A DNA stretch of 64,000 nt from Nitrosopumilaceae archaeon (GTDB taxonomy: Archaea; Thermoproteota; Nitrososphaeria; Nitrososphaerales; Nitrosopumilaceae). Shown one piece after another: positions 63,001-64,000 of the stretch (position 1 is its first letter; every line of letters begins with the position of its first letter). Below the pieces are notes generated by a model. The model made no database searches. It worked only from the letters and a program-made list of their open reading frames with translations, and was not told the DNA's origin. The stretch lies in the NCBI GenBank assembly GCA_965209085.1, contig OZ242376.1, forward strand, positions 960,001 through 1,024,000. Reading direction: 5' to 3'. Made by a program: the position numbers and the translations under genes.

Positions 63001-64000
63001 TGCAATATGTTGTGGTTTTCAGAGCCAATCAGGGATATTCTAGGTGCGATTGTATCGATGAATATGCGACTGTTCTGCGGTATGGCACTCTCTGTTACAA
63101 ACAGGGTTGTACCCTCAGCGTTTGCAACCTGTATTGCAAAGGTTGCATATGATTCTGTTTGTATGGATGGTACGGTTAATGTGGCATTATAATTGGCACC
63201 ATTTAGGGTTACACTAGGGGTTAATCCCAGTATTTGGCTTGTATGAGATGAGATTATATTATTTACGGTAAATTGTACGGTGAGTGTATCGCCTGTTTTG
63301 GCATATGTTAGATTTGCATTGTTGCTAGTTATGTTAACCGTTGATTGTAATGATTCCAGTTTTATGATTTGGAGACCATCATTATTTGAGGCTATAAATG
63401 CATATATTTTGCCATTTATGGTTGCAGTAATAATATCTCTTGGGTTATCCAGATTTACATAACCGCCAGTATTATCCGTGAGAGAATATGTAGGTTGGGG
63501 GTTGTATGGGTCTGTAATGTCTATGATTTGGACGCCATCATCAATAATGGATACTGTCAAAGCATAAACTGATGATCCTACAGTTACGGTGGTGATCCTA
63601 TATGGACCATCTAGTTCATCATAGCCATCTATTCCATCTGTTACGCTTGATGCATTTGATGGGTTGTATGGGTCTGTAATGTTTATGATTTGGATGCTAT
63701 CATCATTAAAGGATGCCACCAAGGCATAAACTGATGATCCTACAGTTACGGTGGTGATGCCATATGCACCATCTAGTTCATCATAGCCATCTATTCCATC
63801 TGTTACACTTGATGCATTTGATGGGTTGTATGGGTCTGTAATGTTTATGATTTGGACGCCATCATCATTATTGGATGCCACCAAGGCATAAACTGATGCA
63901 CCGATTGTTACAGTGGTAATGTCAAATGCGCCTCCTAGTTCCAAATAACCATCCGTATCATCGGTAAGGTAGGATACATTTGAGGGGCTGAGGGGGTTTG
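60054..64000 (-). CDS. Second giant surface protein, paralog of 35660..51517 (5' part outside the window)
   Basis: Frame stays open from 63944 to the window edge. 54-aa LVIVD-like repeats, DUF5011-like domains and the shared C-terminal domain. Confidence 0.88.
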   Translation of the reverse strand, partial: NPLSPSNVSYLTDDTDGYLELGGAFDITTVTIGASVYALVASNNDDGVQIINITDPYNPSNASSVTDGIDGYDELDGAYGITTVTVGSSVYALVASFNDDSIQIINITDPYNPSNASSVTDGIDGYDELDGPYRITTVTVGSSVYALTVSIIDDGVQIIDITDPYNPQPTYSLTDNTGGYVNLDNPRDIITATINGKIYAFIASNNDGLQIIKLESLQSTVNITSNNANLTYAKTGDTLTVQFTVNNIISSHTSQILGLTPSVTLNGANYNATLTVPSIQTESYATFAIQVANAEGTTLFVTESAIPQNSRIFIDTIAPRISLIGSENHNILQNNNVSSIPNVTVTDGDPNYAGTFSIATNATLDTSVLGSVVLYTYTAAADGAGNAGSSVTRTVTVVDFEPITINSLTIASSSGNNYANAGKNITVTLATDSSDLDNINGTLLGRSFTNTTTGGSATFTGTVQSGDDGDATFSITVTNSTGGQISVTNADITDGSYVTIDTTAPSITLKGANNTRIATNSPYTDPGATATDASYATSSVQVSGAGNVNTTIVGNYTLTYTAPVDPAGNTGSTITRNVIVQDTPPININTLTLTSNNQNAQYAKADDTLTLMLVINDTITSDTVIIQNGPPTTNSSSGSTLTATRIIPTSAIESDATFTITVTNANGATLTVTQDDLIGSNVFVDTIPPTITPDLPQIITVNDTLPVIRGDTDDGDLNYNSITLTCDTTHVNHEIANVYPVTCTANNDPAGNPGSSATTYIDVRNVNGTTILNSSHIDSNAPIVQNPNGVIMALIHNDSLINPDNQLKLHASTLELNTFAVTSNTTSGSTVTHTTTYPHPLDLMVNSKITVKIERNTTMTFNTNNSNPGNFIIREIIDNHNDDAVRLGFENTSYALTGNALELTFSVTRSSFDAFVRNGTFDSYVLINRHNGTIDDASSALTVINGNASFSGVLYTYDSTERTVTIWTSHLSDFKVNTTSSGGSDSDSDSNAPTLGKTSSGAQLVTNGFEYNGLTVNVGRYHTEFPLIGTNVGDINTIKMKIYDSAGPEGIKRVEVALGVPDVGLYHEAEAFVEVWMQKDSIAVKEIVIVDKLNLLEDSDVSSTVSQISCTGDVQQCLLVELKYSYREPPIYNTVSIKPVDWDNNAHQFYFNDGIHVDGDSINLPKEIDISTSHATGISNTVETLHLVQIDRAEHLWVDQYGYQWMIIGNTVRQITTPEYVVPDDNTYGTLHGPDRNHPDFASTVYAEQKRAQETLAEILGHATIIKPLPENGGTIYFDATGTDSRKGDSFKLVLELETARMQQLSNLLYDDSS

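Overview
This is a chromosomal window from an ammonia-oxidising archaeon (Nitrososphaerota, Nitrosopumilaceae-like). The assignment rests on a thaumarchaeal-order ribosomal protein operon, nirK, split MetH, a divergent FtsZ and nurA-herA-mre11-rad50. The IS load and giant surface proteins suggest a host-associated lineage, but that is inference. Positions 270-5459 are a nest of insertion sequences: two inverted IS5/ISL2-type copies, an IS110/IS1111 element inserted into one IS5 terminal inverted repeat (TIR), and a truncated IS4/IS5-like element. The main finding is that the IS110 downstream non-coding region looks like a complete bridge/seek RNA. One internal loop matches the reconstituted IS5 TIR target and the other matches the element's own circle junction, sharing a 2-nt core, which would make it an RNA-guided parasite of another IS in an archaeon. 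Positions 5.5-35 kb are core genes, including ribosomal proteins with tandem-repeat tails and a half-length DOHH-like HEAT protein. Positions 35.6-64 kb hold two convergent giant surface-protein genes with shared near-identical segments. One is 5285 aa, has 32 shuffled Ig-like modules and sits behind a (TA)12 tract. Between them lie tRNA-Asn, an NDH-2 fusion, a MITE-like pair and a decayed IS3.
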